Of a DNA stretch of 64,000 bases, positions 40,822 to 53,800 are shown piece by piece. The DNA comes from Eledone cirrhosa (Eukaryota): NCBI GenBank assembly GCA_964016885.1, contig OZ024752.1, positions 4,650,001 through 4,714,000 on the forward strand, written 5' to 3'. Under the pieces are notes generated by a model, which worked only from the letters and a program-made list of their open reading frames with translations, searched no databases and was not told the origin of the DNA. Within the stretch, counting starts at the first letter, position 1; every line of letters begins with the position of its first letter. A program made the position numbers and the translations under genes.

Positions 40822-41442
40822 AATAATTGTTTCTACTTTAGGCAGAAGGCCAACAATTTGTGGGGAGGGGAAAGTCAACTACATTGACTCCAAAATATGA
40901 AGGGTACTATATTTTATTGGCCCTCAAAAAGATAAAAGCAAAGTTCATCTCGGCAGAATTTGAACTCAGAACATAGAGGGCAATAAAGAAATACTACTAC
41001 TACTATTATCACTCCCTCTACTACTACTACTACTAATAATAATGGTTTCTGATTTAGGCACAAGGCCAGCAATTTTGGGGGAGGCGAAAGTTGATTAAAT
41101 CGACCCCAGTGTGTTACCGCAAATGAAAGACAAAGCTAACCTCGGCAGGATATGAACTCAAAAGGACCGTAACTACGCTGCAAAGCAAGGTGTCTGACGC
41201 TCTACCGATTCTGCTAATTCACTGTCTTACTCACTGCAAATAATAAAAATAATTGTTTCTACTTTTTTGGCACAAGGCCAGCAATTACCCAGTGCATTAC
41301 TGGTACTTTATTTTATTGACCCCGTAAGGATGAAAGGCAAAGTTAACCTCGGCGGGATTTGAACTCAGAATGGCAAGGGCCGTAACTCTATGCATCAAAG
41401 CATGGCGTCTGACCCTCTACTGATACTGCCAATCCACCGCCC
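40822..41442 (-). mobile_element. Three head-to-tail SINE family A copies (40822-40980, 41040-41225, 41250-41442)
   Basis: Repeated TGTTTCT...GGCA.AAGGCCA and GA.TTGAACTCA motifs. Divergence from the family decreases left to right. Confidence 0.85.
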
Positions 41443-42129
41443 TATAATAAAATAATAAAAATAATAATACTAAGAATGCACTGTTGAATTATATGGCAGC
41501 AGTTATGGTGATGGTGATGATGGTGCTGATGTTGATGATGATGATGATGTTGATGTCAATGATGTTGCTGATGTCATTAATGGTGATGGTGATGCTGCTT
41601 CTGATGTCAATGATGATGATGATGCTGATGTCAGTAATGGTGATGATGATTTTAATGTAATTATGAATTAATCAAATATCAGATCTTTTCTGAGATGCTA
41701 TTTACATTATGGACCAATCAGCTGCTTTCTAGGTTGCCATTATATATATAATGTGACTGACTTGACCAATCATATGTCTTCTAGGTTACCATTATGTACT
41801 TAATGTGACCTAACTATTGACCAATCAGATGTTTGTTTATATCACTGCAGCTCATATATAATCCTGTTGTACATACACAAGTGCACAGGTGGGTCACGAG
41901 GGTTAACAATGCTGATGTTTAGCTCTAAGACATCCCTAACTCACAGACATTTGATCAAAGTCATTCCAACCATGGATGTCCAGTCGTTTTGTATATCATA
42001 TTCAAGACAATAGATTGGGATTTGCAGGAGAATGACTGCTATTTCTAACAGATAAAGTTTAAAATCTATCTCAAGCCCGTAGGCTCATCAGGCAAATGCT
42101 TATCCCAGCTTTGTGGCGTGAAGCAATGG

Positions 42130-42168
<39 letters not shown>

Positions 42169-42625
42169 ATCAGTTTTGTGTGTGTATATATTTGCAATCT
42201 TCAGCTATAGTGTTTAATACTAGTGTCTTCTAAACAGTATTTCTAAAACTATATTCTCCCAACATTCCCTTCCCTTTGCAACCCTTTCATTACTGTGTTT
42301 CTGGTGAAAAAAAATGTCTATAATTGTCTAAATAAAAAAAAATTGTAGGAACGTTTTTAGATAAATATAAATAAACACTTTGAAACAAAAATATTTATAT
42401 CAGAGAATCAGGGGTGGCTTCAAGCAGTTTAGTATCGAAAGGGTTGATTATGATGCATGTGACTTGAGGGAGGCTGATTTGGTTGCTATTTCTGGTAACT
42501 TCAGTTTGAGTGATTCCATAGAAATTGTTTCATTGGCTTAGCCAGCCATGTTTTATCTCTTTCTCATTCTATCTTGCTCTCGCTCACTCTCTCTTTCTCT
42601 CTCTCTCTCTATATATATATATCTT

Positions 42626-42657
<32 letters not shown>

Positions 42658-42661
42658 TGTT

Positions 42662-42756
<95 letters not shown>

Positions 42757-42807
42757 AGATAAATCTACCAAAATATACGGTAGTGTCCAATCCGTATGAA
42801 GAACTCA

Positions 42808-42935
42808 ATCATTTCTGAAGACAGCAAATATATGTGAAGGTATGTTATTTCCTCTGATAGTTTGTAATATTTTTACATAGATCTATATATACATACCAAC
42901 ACACATATATATCCTAGAAACGATCGTAAAATGAT
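42808..42935 (+). ncRNA. Type I hammerhead-like motif with ~95-nt domain II
   Basis: atcattt CTGAAGA ..atatatgtg...cacatatat.. GAAAC gatc GTA aaatgat: 7-bp stem I, palindromic ACGAUCGU stem III. Confidence 0.65.
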
Positions 42936-43009
42936 AAATTTTTTAATATAAGGAACTTGTTCTTTGTTTTTATGCATTGTTTTTATTAATTTATATATAT
43001 ATATATAAA

Positions 43010-43165
43010 GGTGGTTGATAGCTTCTTAACCGCCGTCTCAGTTTGTATGGCCTTTATAACATATGTTTATTGCTCTGGTCTCTTGGTCCATGGACCGCTT
43101 GCCACATAAATCGGAAATTGAGTTTTGCTTATTTCTACCCACCGAAATACGATTCTCGATGAATT
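43010..43165. repeat. Unclassified TA-flanked interspersed repeat; related copy at 52097-52200
   Basis: GGTGGTT.AT.GCTTCTTAACC..CGTCTCAG...TATGTTTAT.GCTCTGGT...TCCATGGA.CGCTTG in both. Confidence 0.7.
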
Positions 43166-43167
43166 TA

Positions 43168-43208
<41 letters not shown>

Positions 43209-43302
43209 GTGGAACACAGCAAGGTAATATCCGTAGTGGTAGAGCACTCAGTCCATGGGACGAGTTAGGTAGAATTGGTTACACAACAGTTAGTTCACCA
43301 TA

Positions 43303-43342
43303 CCGAGAACAATTGTTTCACCTTCGCAGATCTTCAGCTCGG
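43303..43342 (-). ncRNA. Minimal type I hammerhead in the Penelope 3' pLTR
   Basis: Minus strand ccgag CUGAAGA ucugcgaaggu GAAAC aauu GUU cucgg, same strand as and ~180 bp downstream of the GIY-YIG ORF. Confidence 0.8.
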
Positions 43343-43522
43343 GATGTGTATGGCTATAGGAACAGGAAGGACAACCGTACCAACGCGCATGCGCAGAAAC
43401 TCGGTCACTTCACACAGGCAATACTAGACTGCATGCGGGGGGCGGGGGGGTAAGGGAGATAACTGTGAAAGTCCAGAAAGTTTTTAGGTTGGAAATAAAA
43501 TTAAAAGAAATTAAAAATAAAA

Positions 43523-44014
43523 TTACAAAGAATCAGTCCGGAGCTGATGTTTGGTGACGTGTGGACAACGTGTGAAAAATTCACTTCTCGTGTTTAGGCA
43601 ATCACTATTGCGTAATCTCTTTAGGATAGTTATTCGTTCGGCGATACATAAGCCACACGTCGGATTTCCCCTTGTGTATGGCTTGGACTTAGTGATGGCT
43701 TTCCATTGAATGGAGTATCCTATACTTGAGTCCTTGAGGGACCATACGTGGCTCGCGAGTTTCGTGGATGAACGTCTGTCCGGGTATCTGAAGGTAGACT
43801 GGTGGTTCAAGAAACGCTCCCTGAATCGGGCCTCCACCATGCCCACATAGGATTTGACCTCCTGTGGTTCGTTTGGTCGGTTGGAAGTGACCACAGCTTC
43901 ATAGATTACAGCTGGTGTGTTGCATTGCTGTTGAAGGGGGCAAGCTTCAGGCTTACGGCAAGAGCACCCTGGTGGGGTGTTGCTCCTAGGGCTGCTGGTG
44001 ATGTGGGCCTTCAA
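43523..44014 (-). CDS. GIY-YIG endonuclease domain of a Penelope-like element (fragment)
   Basis: VIY...YVG motif pair with conserved R, E and N positions. Confidence 0.8.
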   Translation of the reverse strand: MKAHITSSPRSNTPPGCSCRKPEACPLQQQCNTPAVIYEAVVTSNRPNEPQEVKSYVGMVEARFRERFLNHQSTFRYPDRRSSTKLASHVWSLKDSSIGYSIQWKAITKSKPYTRGNPTCGLCIAERITILKRLRNSDCLNTRSEFFTRCPHVTKHQLRTDSL

Positions 44015-44402
44015 GTTCTTAGCACAGAAGTATCCTAGTTTAACTTTGTGTCGGTTAAAGATGGAGCGGTATTTATGACCTATGGGGAAGTGTCTATCTA
44101 AGAGGGCTAGAAATTTTTCCTACATTGGTTTTAACGTTGAGTGAGAAGGGAGGAGAGAACCAGATAGTTTGTCTATTGTTGCGCTTACTTTCCTTAATGG
44201 TGTTGTTGCTAGTGGGAGAGTAGGTGATAGGTTGTGAGAAGCCGCAGTGAAAAAGCTCCCAGTCCACACTGTAATTGTGGTTGGTGTTAGGAAGGGCATC
44301 TGTGCGAGCAAAACATGATCTCCCAACCATTTCCTCGTCAAATGGAACAAAACCGTCTAACTCATGCTAGCGTGGAAGATGGATGTTAAACGATGATGAT
44401 GA

Positions 44403-44442
<40 letters not shown>

Positions 44443-44487
44443 CATACATATATATATATATACACACATATATATATACATATACAC

Positions 44488-44534
<47 letters not shown>

Positions 44535-44535
<1 letters not shown>

Positions 44536-45052
44536 ATGGACATGTGATGCGTATGAAGGATGACAGCTGCATAAAAAGGTGCAGAGCACTAGAAGTTGAT
44601 GGAAACCGCGGAGTGGGGAGACCCAAGATGACCTGGGATGAGGTGATAAAAGCCGACCTTACCCAATTACACCTCTCAAAGACAATGACACACGACCGTG
44701 ACTTCTGGCGTCACGTAGTAATACAGAGTACCCGACCTCCCATGGGTACAAGCTGAAGCATATAGACAATATGCCCCCACACCCCCCACCGCAAGGTGGT
44801 CGTGGAGGTGCCACGGCAAAAAAGCACCCAGCCCATACTGTAAAGTGGACGTGTAGGCGCCACGAAAAAGCACCCAGCACTCACTGTAATGAGGTTGGTG
44901 TTAGGAAGGGCATCCAGCTGTAGAAATCAAGCCAAATCAGTTCCTGTATGAGCAAGGCATGGTCAGCCGACCAGACACTGCCCACAACAGGACAACCCGT
45001 CTAACCCATGCTAGCGTGGAAGAACGGACGTAAAACGGTGATGATGATGATG
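44535..45052 (+). mobile_element. RTE LINE 3' end (family 2), inverted close copy of 62706-63232
   Basis: [36 protein letters not shown] plus 3' UTR and (TGA)n. Confidence 0.92.
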
Positions 45053-45160
45053 ATATATATATATACACATATATATATATATATATACACATATATATAT
45101 ATACATATATACATATATGTATATATATATATGTGTATATATATATATATATATATACAC

Positions 45161-45191
<31 letters not shown>

Positions 45192-45258
45192 TATATATAT
45201 ACATATATACATATATACATATACATATACATATACACACATATATATATATATATAT

Positions 45259-45315
<57 letters not shown>

Positions 45316-45599
45316 CTCTCTCTCTCACACACACTATATATGTATTTATTTATTTATTTATATATATATATATATACACACACATACACACGCACACACA
45401 TATATATATACACACACACATATAGACTAACACAGGACACCACATATATCCTATTGTGACTGAAAACCCCAAAGTTAATTTGATTAAAGCTACAGAGTTC
45501 TCCATAGCTACAAGCTTCATTGAAACCTTGTGAATTCTTAGCTGAAATGCTTCTATTTTCAGCTTCTTTCCACTAACGCTGCCGTTGTCCATTGATATA

Positions 45600-45935
45600 T
45601 TCTTTCTTCTTCTGCTTTTTCTTTAACTTCTATCTTTTGTCTTGGTCTACTTTACACTGCTTCTTATCATTATTTAGTCTTCGTTTCTCGCTTAGTCTTC
45701 TGTCTACTTTTTTTTAGATTGTTTCCATGAGAGTTCTGTTTCTTCTTTTTTAACTCTTCTGTCATTTCTTTAGTCTTCTCCATTTAGTCTTTAGTTTTCT
45801 TTAGTCTTCTCTTTTCATCATTAGTCATATCTTTTTGTCATTAGTCATATCTTTTAGTCTTTTGTCATATCTTTTAGTTTTTAGTCTTCTGTCTTATCTT
45901 TTAGTGATTTGTCATTTACTTTAGTCTTCTCCTTT
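45600..45935. repeat. Degenerate pyrimidine-rich repeat (TTAGTCTTCT / TTAGTCATATCTTTT)
   Basis: Direct inspection. Confidence 0.6.
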
Positions 45936-46177
45936 CCCTATATATCATCATCCCCGTTTCACATCCATTCTTCCACGCTAGCATGGGTTAGATGGGTTGT
46001 TCTGTTGTGGGCAATGTTAGGTCGGGTGACCTTGTCTTGCTCATACAGAAACTGATTTATACAGCTGGATGCCCTTCCTAACACTAACCTCATTTACAGT
46101 GAGTGCTGGGTGCTTTTTTTCCGTGGCGCCTACATGAGCACTCTACAGTGTGGACTCGGTGCTTTTTTGTCGTGACA

Positions 46178-46221
<44 letters not shown>

Positions 46222-46354
46222 ATGCTAGTCGTCACAAGCATACCAACGCTATTTATAAAAATCAATAGTAATAATTGTTTATATTCTCCATAAAGAATCC
46301 ACTCTGCAGCCTGAAAAATTCCACTAACATTAATGGTATATATACCATTAAACA

Positions 46355-47097
46355 TTAATGGTATATATACATATATCATATATAATGGTATATATACATA
46401 TATCATATATAAAATGTTTTGATTTGGCACCAAGAACATTATTCAACCCAAGCAAGCCTGGATAAAGCAGATGTAAAAATTGTTTTATTATTATTTTTGA
46501 GTGACATCTTTCGTTGCATATTGTTACAGCCCTTTACATTCTAAGTTCAAATTACACTGAGGTTAGCTTTGCCTTTCATCATCACAGAGTCAATAAAATA
46601 AAGCACCTGTAATACACTGGGGTCAATTTAATCGATTTTCCCCACCCCTTAAAATTGTTAGCTGTGTGCCAACAATTTTGAGGGGAGGAAAAATCAAAAT
46701 CCATTATACTTTGTTTTTTTTTTATGTTCTAAAACCTTTTAACCCTTTAGCATTTACATTACTCTATATTTACTATTGTATTTTCATGGTGAACACTTTA
46801 CCTCACATAATATCTCACATAATATGGAATCTATGAGATTTTGATATTATTTCTATTGAGAACAATACCTTAACATCAGTATGAGTGGCCAGTTACAGCC
46901 AGTTTGAACAGAAAGAGGTGAGAGCATTCTGGCCAGATGCAACCGATTTAAATGCTAAAGGGTTAAATGGTTTTTACATCTGCTTTATCCAGGCTTGCTT
47001 GGGTTGAATAATGTTCTTGGTGCCAAATCAAAACATATTTTATATATGATATATGTATATATATCATTATATATGATATATGTATATATACCATTAA
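46355..47097. repeat. ~125-bp near-perfect inverted repeat (46355-46479 / 46971-47097) enclosing a diverged SINE A (~46520-46690) and a MITE
   Basis: GATTTGGCACCAAGAACATTATTCAACCCAAGCAAGCCTGGATAAAGCAGATGTAAAAA and its exact reverse complement. Confidence 0.92.
46739..46966 (+). mobile_element. piggyBac-type MITE
   Basis: Perfect TIRs with TTAA at both ends. Confidence 0.88.
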
Positions 47098-47574
47098 ACC
47101 ATTTAAATTTCTGATTATTTTCAAAAGTAAATGCATGACAAAATACTGTTTATTTGAATGGTTAATAAAATATTTGGCGTTCTACTTGCTTGGTAAGAGA
47201 CTTGATCTGATGTGTTGAAACTGAAACGGTTTACATAGAAAAAGAAGAATCACAATAAACATTTAAAAACACATGTATACAGTTACATATACATTTGCTT
47301 TATTTCTTAATATTATTGTATACTATGAGGTGTCAAAATGTTTCCTCATACATTTACAGTCTTATCATTGACATTACATGCAGTGTAAATTGTAGCAATG
47401 ATTAGATCATTGATATACAACAAAGTAGTTCAACACCTTATATTGTATACAATTCTACTAAGAAATAAAAGTGATTGTAACAATATACATATATATGTGT
47501 GTATGTGTATATCTATATATATACATATATATATACACACATGTGTATATATGTATATGTATGTATATATACAT

Positions 47575-48707
47575 GTCATCATCATCATCATCATTTTACA
47601 TCTGCTTTTCCCTGCTTGCAAGAGTGGGACAGGTCTTATTCAGCACAGCATCTCTCCACTTGTCACGGTCCATCGTGAGCTTCTGCGATCTGAGGTCTGT
47701 TCTCACAACCTCCGCCCATGTTTTTCGTGGTCTACTTCTACCACGTCTTCCTTCAACTGGCATTTCCCGGCACTTCTTCACCCATCGGTCATCCTCCATG
47801 CGTATAACATGTCCATACCACCTCAGTCTCCTCTCTCGCACACTACATTCTATCCCTCTCAGACACAGTTTCTCTTTCAACACATTTATGCTGGGTCGTT
47901 CACGCACATTTACACTGCACATCCAACGGAACATGCTTGCCTCATTTCTCTCCAGCCGTCGCATATCCTCTGCAGTTGCTGCCCATGTCTCACTACCATG
48001 CAGCATCGTGCTCCTCACACAGGCATCATATAACCGGCCTTTCGTATGCAGGGAGAAACCCTTCTTCATCAGCAGAGGAACCAGCTCCCTAAACTTCTCC
48101 CAACTCGCCCTTGTTCTAAATACTATGGCCTCAGACCCCCCCCCCTCCCATGCTAATCTGATCTCCTAGGTACCAGAAGCTATCCACCACTTCTGTAGCA
48201 CCTGCCTACATTTGAAAAATGTGTCTATCAATGCGACTTCTACTGTCTAATTTCCCTGAACATCTACTGCATACATATTTCTCCCTACCTGTTAGTTTGC
48301 CTGCTATCCCGCTACATCTCTTGTGTACCCAGGATCTGCATTGTGTGCATTTTATAGAATTTATGCCAGTTCCTTTTCTGCATATCGAACATGGCCATTT
48401 CCCTGACGGAATCAGGGTTTTGTCCTCTTTCGTACTCATCAACACTTTTGTCTTAGCTAGATTCACTCTCAGTCCTCTTGATTCCAACTGCTGTTTCCAT
48501 AGCCAGAATTATTCTCTAGCTCCTCTACTGATTCTGCTATAAGAACCAGATCATCAGCATAGAGAAGTTCCCATGGACAGCCAGTCTTAAACTCCTCTGT
48601 TATGGCTTGGAGGACTATAATGAACAAGAGTGGTCTGAGGACCGAACCTTGATGTACTTCTACTTGTATCTGGAATACCTCACTAAACTCCATTCCTACC
48701 CTGACTT
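47575..48707 (-). pseudogene. RTE LINE (family 1) RT C-terminal half, frameshifted and 5'-truncated at (TA)n
   Basis: VHQGSVLRPLLF...[10 protein letters not shown], Cys-rich finger and [16 protein letters not shown] spread over three frames. Confidence 0.92.
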
Positions 48708-48726
48708 TATATATATATGTATATGT

Positions 48727-48774
<48 letters not shown>

Positions 48775-48905
48775 CATGATGGCTGCAAACTCGTGTTCGA
48801 GCATAAAATGCTCAAAAATGTGAGGCACGAATGTGGCTCTTTAAACCTGCCAAAGACTTGCACACTCTAGCACAAACATGGAAACTGTAGGCTCCTCCGG
48901 GACTT
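48775..48905 (-). mobile_element. Probable RTE(BovB-like) 3' end with a decayed C2H2 finger
   Basis: FHVCARVCKSLAGLKSHIRASH followed by a short tail ending GCAGCCATCATGAT. Confidence 0.5.
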
Positions 48906-49339
48906 TCCACTTCTTTGTTCTGGCTATGTGTGTTTAATGTTTGATTTGATTGTGTGTTTGAGTGTATGTGTTTTTGTTTTTGTATTTTATCTTTGTTCAC
49001 TAGTGTGTGTTTATATGTGTTTGTTGTTATTGTGCTTGTGTATATCTGTATTATTAACCATTGGTCAATCAATGATAAACATTGATTGCCAAATAAATTA
49101 ACTATGGAGATATAAAAGATACAGAAGCCATATATATATATATATGCGTGTGTGTATGTGTGCATACTTACATATATGTATCAGCTGTGCTAGGGCGAGA
49201 AATAAAATTCTAATTTTATTTTTAATATTCAATAAGGCCAGACATCACTCGCCTGGCATGCAAATGAGGCTACTCAACTTATGTGTACTTGAGAAAATAC
49301 TATATATTTTCAACCCTCAACAGACTGGCAGAGGTATAC

Positions 49340-49401
49340 AGTCCTGATGAAGGGTAATGACCCAGAAACATGCTGAATTGGTTTAAATGCTAAAGGGTTA
49401 A
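49340..49401 (+). ncRNA. Truncated hammerhead core abutting a piggyBac-MITE end
   Basis: CTGATGA a gggt aatg accc a GAAACATG, then TTTAAATGCTAAAGGGTTAA. No stem I 3' strand. Confidence 0.45.
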
Positions 49402-50452
49402 AGAAATTTGTTTCACCCTGTTCTAATCCATAATCCATGTAGCTGTGGAAAAATAAGTCTGAGCAGCTCTTTGGAGATTGACTTTGTGATAGACTGGTTT
49501 CACATTTAGGGAAACATCTTATATTTTCAGTTGCTTAATACTTCTTAAAACTGGTATAAGCTTCAGCCTAATGGATGACCTGCTAGGTTTGACATAAATA
49601 TTGAAATCATCTACATATAAAACTGTTTTCATTGGCATGTTTTAATCTGTTTAATGATGGAGTGCATGAATAATTTCATTGTTCTTAAAGCAGCAGAGAA
49701 AGTCATCCATTTAGATTTGTGTATGTAACACAAAATGTTTAAGAAAGATTGTGCTGACAATTAACAGGGCCTGGCTTTTCTTTATTTCTTTTTCATTGTC
49801 CTAAATTTTGTCCAAAACTTTTACTGTAAATGAAAATCTGGTTTCTTTCCAGAATTAACCAGACAAGAACATTCCCAAAATAAGCCAGATATTTCAGGCT
49901 AAATATATTTGTTGTAATTGGAGTTTTGTTGCTTATAGTCTCGACATTAAAACTAAACTAATAATCCTATTTACATCACTTTTCTCGATATCTAACTTTG
50001 TATCAGAGCTTAAAGGTTAAATTTAAATAAAAACAAAATAATAAAATACAACAAAAACTACAGCAGCAGATACCAGAGAAAACAACATCAAGAATAGTTT
50101 AAATGTGGTGAATGCATGTACGAATTTTTAAATTAAATATTCAAACTTGGAAAAAAGAAATTTAATTCTATTAAGCAGCCTAATAATCTACTAAACATTG
50201 ACAGTTCTTCTGTCTTGTACAGTATATTATTGAAAGTAGTTCCAGTAGCAAGCTTATTATAATACCAGTTAATAAATAATGTTGGATACAGACACAATCT
50301 CTCTCTCCCATATATATATATGTGTGTGTATTTATTGAATTTAAATGTCCGTATAGAGCTAGTAAGCCATGACAGACTAGGGGAAGTATCGAGTAATCCA
50401 TCCAGTTGGTAATCAATATAGGTATATGTGTATTTATTTATTTATATATATA

Positions 50453-51040
50453 CAAGCTGAGGTACCTGGCAGTGTTCAGGTATTAAATAGCAATCATGTA
50501 TAGCATTCATGTCAAAACTTCAGAGCTTCTTCGAAAACTATACTTGTACAAAATCATCGGCTTTTTCCAAAAACGGGTTCCTGCCCCCACTCAATATGTG
50601 ACAATTCTGAGTGTTCAAAGGAAAACATAATCTTGTAATGGATTTTATCTTGTTAATTCATTAATATGCTCAGATCAAGAGTGTGTTGTTAGTCCTCTAA
50701 GGAACTGAAAGCATATGATTTAGAAGATATATATATTATAAGAACAGATTAAAGTTTAAGCAAAGAATCGCTGCTTTCACCCTTAACGGGATCTTCTGAA
50801 ACTAAAAAAAAATCTGTGCATGCAAAAGTAAATATTTTGAAAAACGTTGCAACCGGAGGTAAACAGGAAGACAATACTTTGGTTCGTGAAACATTCCCTG
50901 GCAATGAATGGAAAAAAAGCGAGGATAATTACGTCATTATGTGGAGCAATGAGAACAATTTCTTGCTAAGACAAAACCACGTTTATGGTATAAATGAAGT
51001 CGTAGACTAATATTCTATTTAGAATAGCCAAATGAATATT

Positions 51041-51106
<66 letters not shown>

Positions 51107-51819
51107 TACTTACATACACGCATATATACATACATACCTACACCTACATACGCATATACATACAATACACATACATATATACATGTATACATATATATAT
51201 ATATATATATTTATATATAGATGCATATCTGTGTGTGTGGACATTGTAACTTCTCCGAACACACACACACAGTCACAGTATGTCTTGTGTGAAAGAGAGA
51301 GAGACGTAAGTTTGAGGAAGGAGGAGAGTTAAACTTTGTAAAGAATAAATAAATGAAAGTTAAAGTTATCAAACGCTGCTATCATTTTCTCCCCTCCCCA
51401 ATCCCCCTCACTCTCTTTCTTTCTCAACCCCTCTCTCTTTTTTTACTCATACTCTTTCTCTTTCTCTACAGAATGGAGAACAATCAAGAACGCGCAGATC
51501 TCTCTCTGTCTTTATATATGTGAGTGTGTGTGTGTGTGTTACCTCTCTCTGTATAACGGCCTATCTCACGCTCTTTCTACTTCTCCCTCTCTCTCTTTAG
51601 ATGTGTGTGTGTGTGTGTGTGTGTAGTTTTCTTGCAACCAACCAATATTTATCTAGGAGCCACATTAGACAAAAACTTGAAACTTTTATTAGTCCAAAAC
51701 ACTCCTGGGAACATAATGCATGTTTGTTCCAAATTTGAAGAATATCGGTTGCAAACTGTAGAAGTTCTGTGGGTACGGACATACACACATCCTCAGTTTT
51801 ATATATATATATATATAGA
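50453..51819 (-). mobile_element. Probable non-autonomous Helitron with internal microsatellites
   Basis: Minus strand starts TCTATATATATA..AAAACTGAGG and ends with a hairpin (ACCTG..CAGGT) plus CTTG (degenerate CTAG). Confidence 0.5.
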
Positions 51820-52197
51820 TAGATATTGCGTATGTAGGTATATCTCTCTCTATATATATGTGTGTGTGTGTGTGTGTTTTTGTATGTGTGTATATATGTA
51901 TACGAATGTATATGGGTATATATGTGCGTGTACTCTTATATATAGGTGTCACAATAGCTACCAATTAGGAAACACAACTAATATACTCTAATAAATATAT
52001 ATATATTTATTAGAGTATATATATATATTATCCGAGTAAATATTTCAATCATATCTCATTTTGTTTGACCCGTTTAGCTTGTTCCCTTATTTGGCTATGG
52101 TGGTTAATGGCTTCTTAACCATCGTCTCAGCGTGTATGACAATTTTAACTTATGTTTATAGCTCTGGTATCTTCTTCATATCCATGGAGCGCTTGTC

Positions 52198-52247
<50 letters not shown>

Positions 52248-52510
52248 TTTCAGTCATATACACCTTAAAAGTAGCTCAATAGAATTACAGACTAAAAAGT
52301 ATATTATGCAGAGCTTTATTAGAGTATATTAATCTAACTCATGCTAGCAAGGAAGATAGACATTAAACCATGATGATGATGATGACATATATTATACATA
52401 TATAGCAAATAGAAAACATCTGTGTGTATATATATATATATATATAAGCAGGGAAAAGCGGACGTAAAATGATGATGATGATATATATATATATATATAT
52501 ATACATACAA

Positions 52511-52573
52511 TGGAGGCACATGGTTTAGTGGTTAGAGCATTGGCCTTGCAATCGAAAGGTTGTGAGTTCAATT
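52511..52573 (+). mobile_element. SINE family B head fragment; isolated B/RTE tail at 52447-52482
   Basis: GGAGGCACATGG.TTAGTGGTTAGAGCATTGGCC...GAGTTCAATT. Confidence 0.8.
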
Positions 52574-53324
52574 GTCGGATAAAAAAATATATCTATACAA
52601 ATGAGGGAATATGGTATGAGGCTAGTGTTTGTAAAGACCATAGAAAAGACTATAAAGAACATTTTTATAGAAAACATAAGGAAATAAATAAATATATAAA
52701 CATGTGTACACACTCACCCAGAGGCATATGTCCATGCATGCATATCCACACAAGTATGAATGTATATATATATATATATATACACACATATATATATACA
52801 TATCACCCCACATAGGCACACGTGGAAGGTACACAGAGCCAGATGGGTGTGCCTTACTATATGAGTCTGCTCGTGGCAAGGGATATGGAGTTTTCATACT
52901 GGTCATCCTGCACTCCAGTATTGGCACCACGGGCTCATGCACACATCAAGTTATATGTCTTTCCAGACACACCGTCCCATGCACGTATCCACATACGTCT
53001 GCATCCCCGCATGTGTACACACCAATGAGATAAGCGTGCTCACAATCCAAGAATCCATACTACTATAAGGTTGTGCAAGGATGCATGCAAACATATGCAC
53101 ATACGCACTCATGCACCCATATACACGCATATATATATATATATATACCCCCATACATAAATGTACATACATACATGCATATACACGTGTGTGCACACAC
53201 AAACAGGTGTAGGTGTACATGTGTCGGCATTGCATGTAGGTGATATCGTGTGGGGTTAAGTGGTGGTAGAAAAAATATGAGAAGGGTGAGATTGTACTAG
53301 GGAATACATGTGATGTTAAATAAT

Positions 53325-53511
53325 CGTTTCTACTTTTGGCACAAGGCCAGAAATTACTCAGTACATTACTGGTACTTTATTTTATCAACCCCGTAAGGAT
53401 GAAAGGCAAAGTTAACCTCAGCGGGATTTGAACTTAGAATGGCAAGGGCTGTAACTCTATGCGCCAAAGCATGGCGTCCGACCCTCTACCGATACTGCCA
53501 ATCCACCGCCC
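53325..53511 (-). mobile_element. SINE family A, full length
   Basis: 19-bp TSD ACATGTGATGTTAAATAAT on both sides. Confidence 0.92.
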
Positions 53512-53800
53512 TTTAACATGTGATGTTAAATAATGGTGGTGAAATTAGTGATAGAAAATGAGGTGATGCAAACCATTGTGGTGAAGTGTATGGTGTTAGT
53601 GGTTTGTGTGTGCCTCAATGGTATGTGGTTTGTGTGTGCCTCAATGGTATGTGGTTTGTGTTAGTGTGATTGAGGGTGGTGGATGCATGTTTAGTCGTGG
53701 GGGATATGATAAAAAATGCAACCTAATATTTACAGGAGTAAAAATAAAATTAACAAGGATAACAGTGGTAATGAAATGAGATATGAGAAAATAGTGATAG

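Larger units (their letters stand above)
43206..44235 (-). mobile_element. Penelope-like retroelement, 5'-truncated (RT C-terminus, GIY-YIG endonuclease, 3' pLTR with hammerhead)
   Basis: IWFSPPFSLNVKTNVG..., CSC..CPL..C, AVIYEAVV...SYVG...RF.ERF.NH, CGLC..E, LNTRSE..CPH. Frameshift near 44120. Ends in (TA)n. Confidence 0.85.

Noticed and set aside
52805-53070. Possible hammerhead/pLTR downstream of the second Penelope fragment (minus-strand ATACTGG..CCAGTAT-GAAA hairpin)
   Set aside because: No CUGANGA box. It may be a pLTR remnant but is unsupported.
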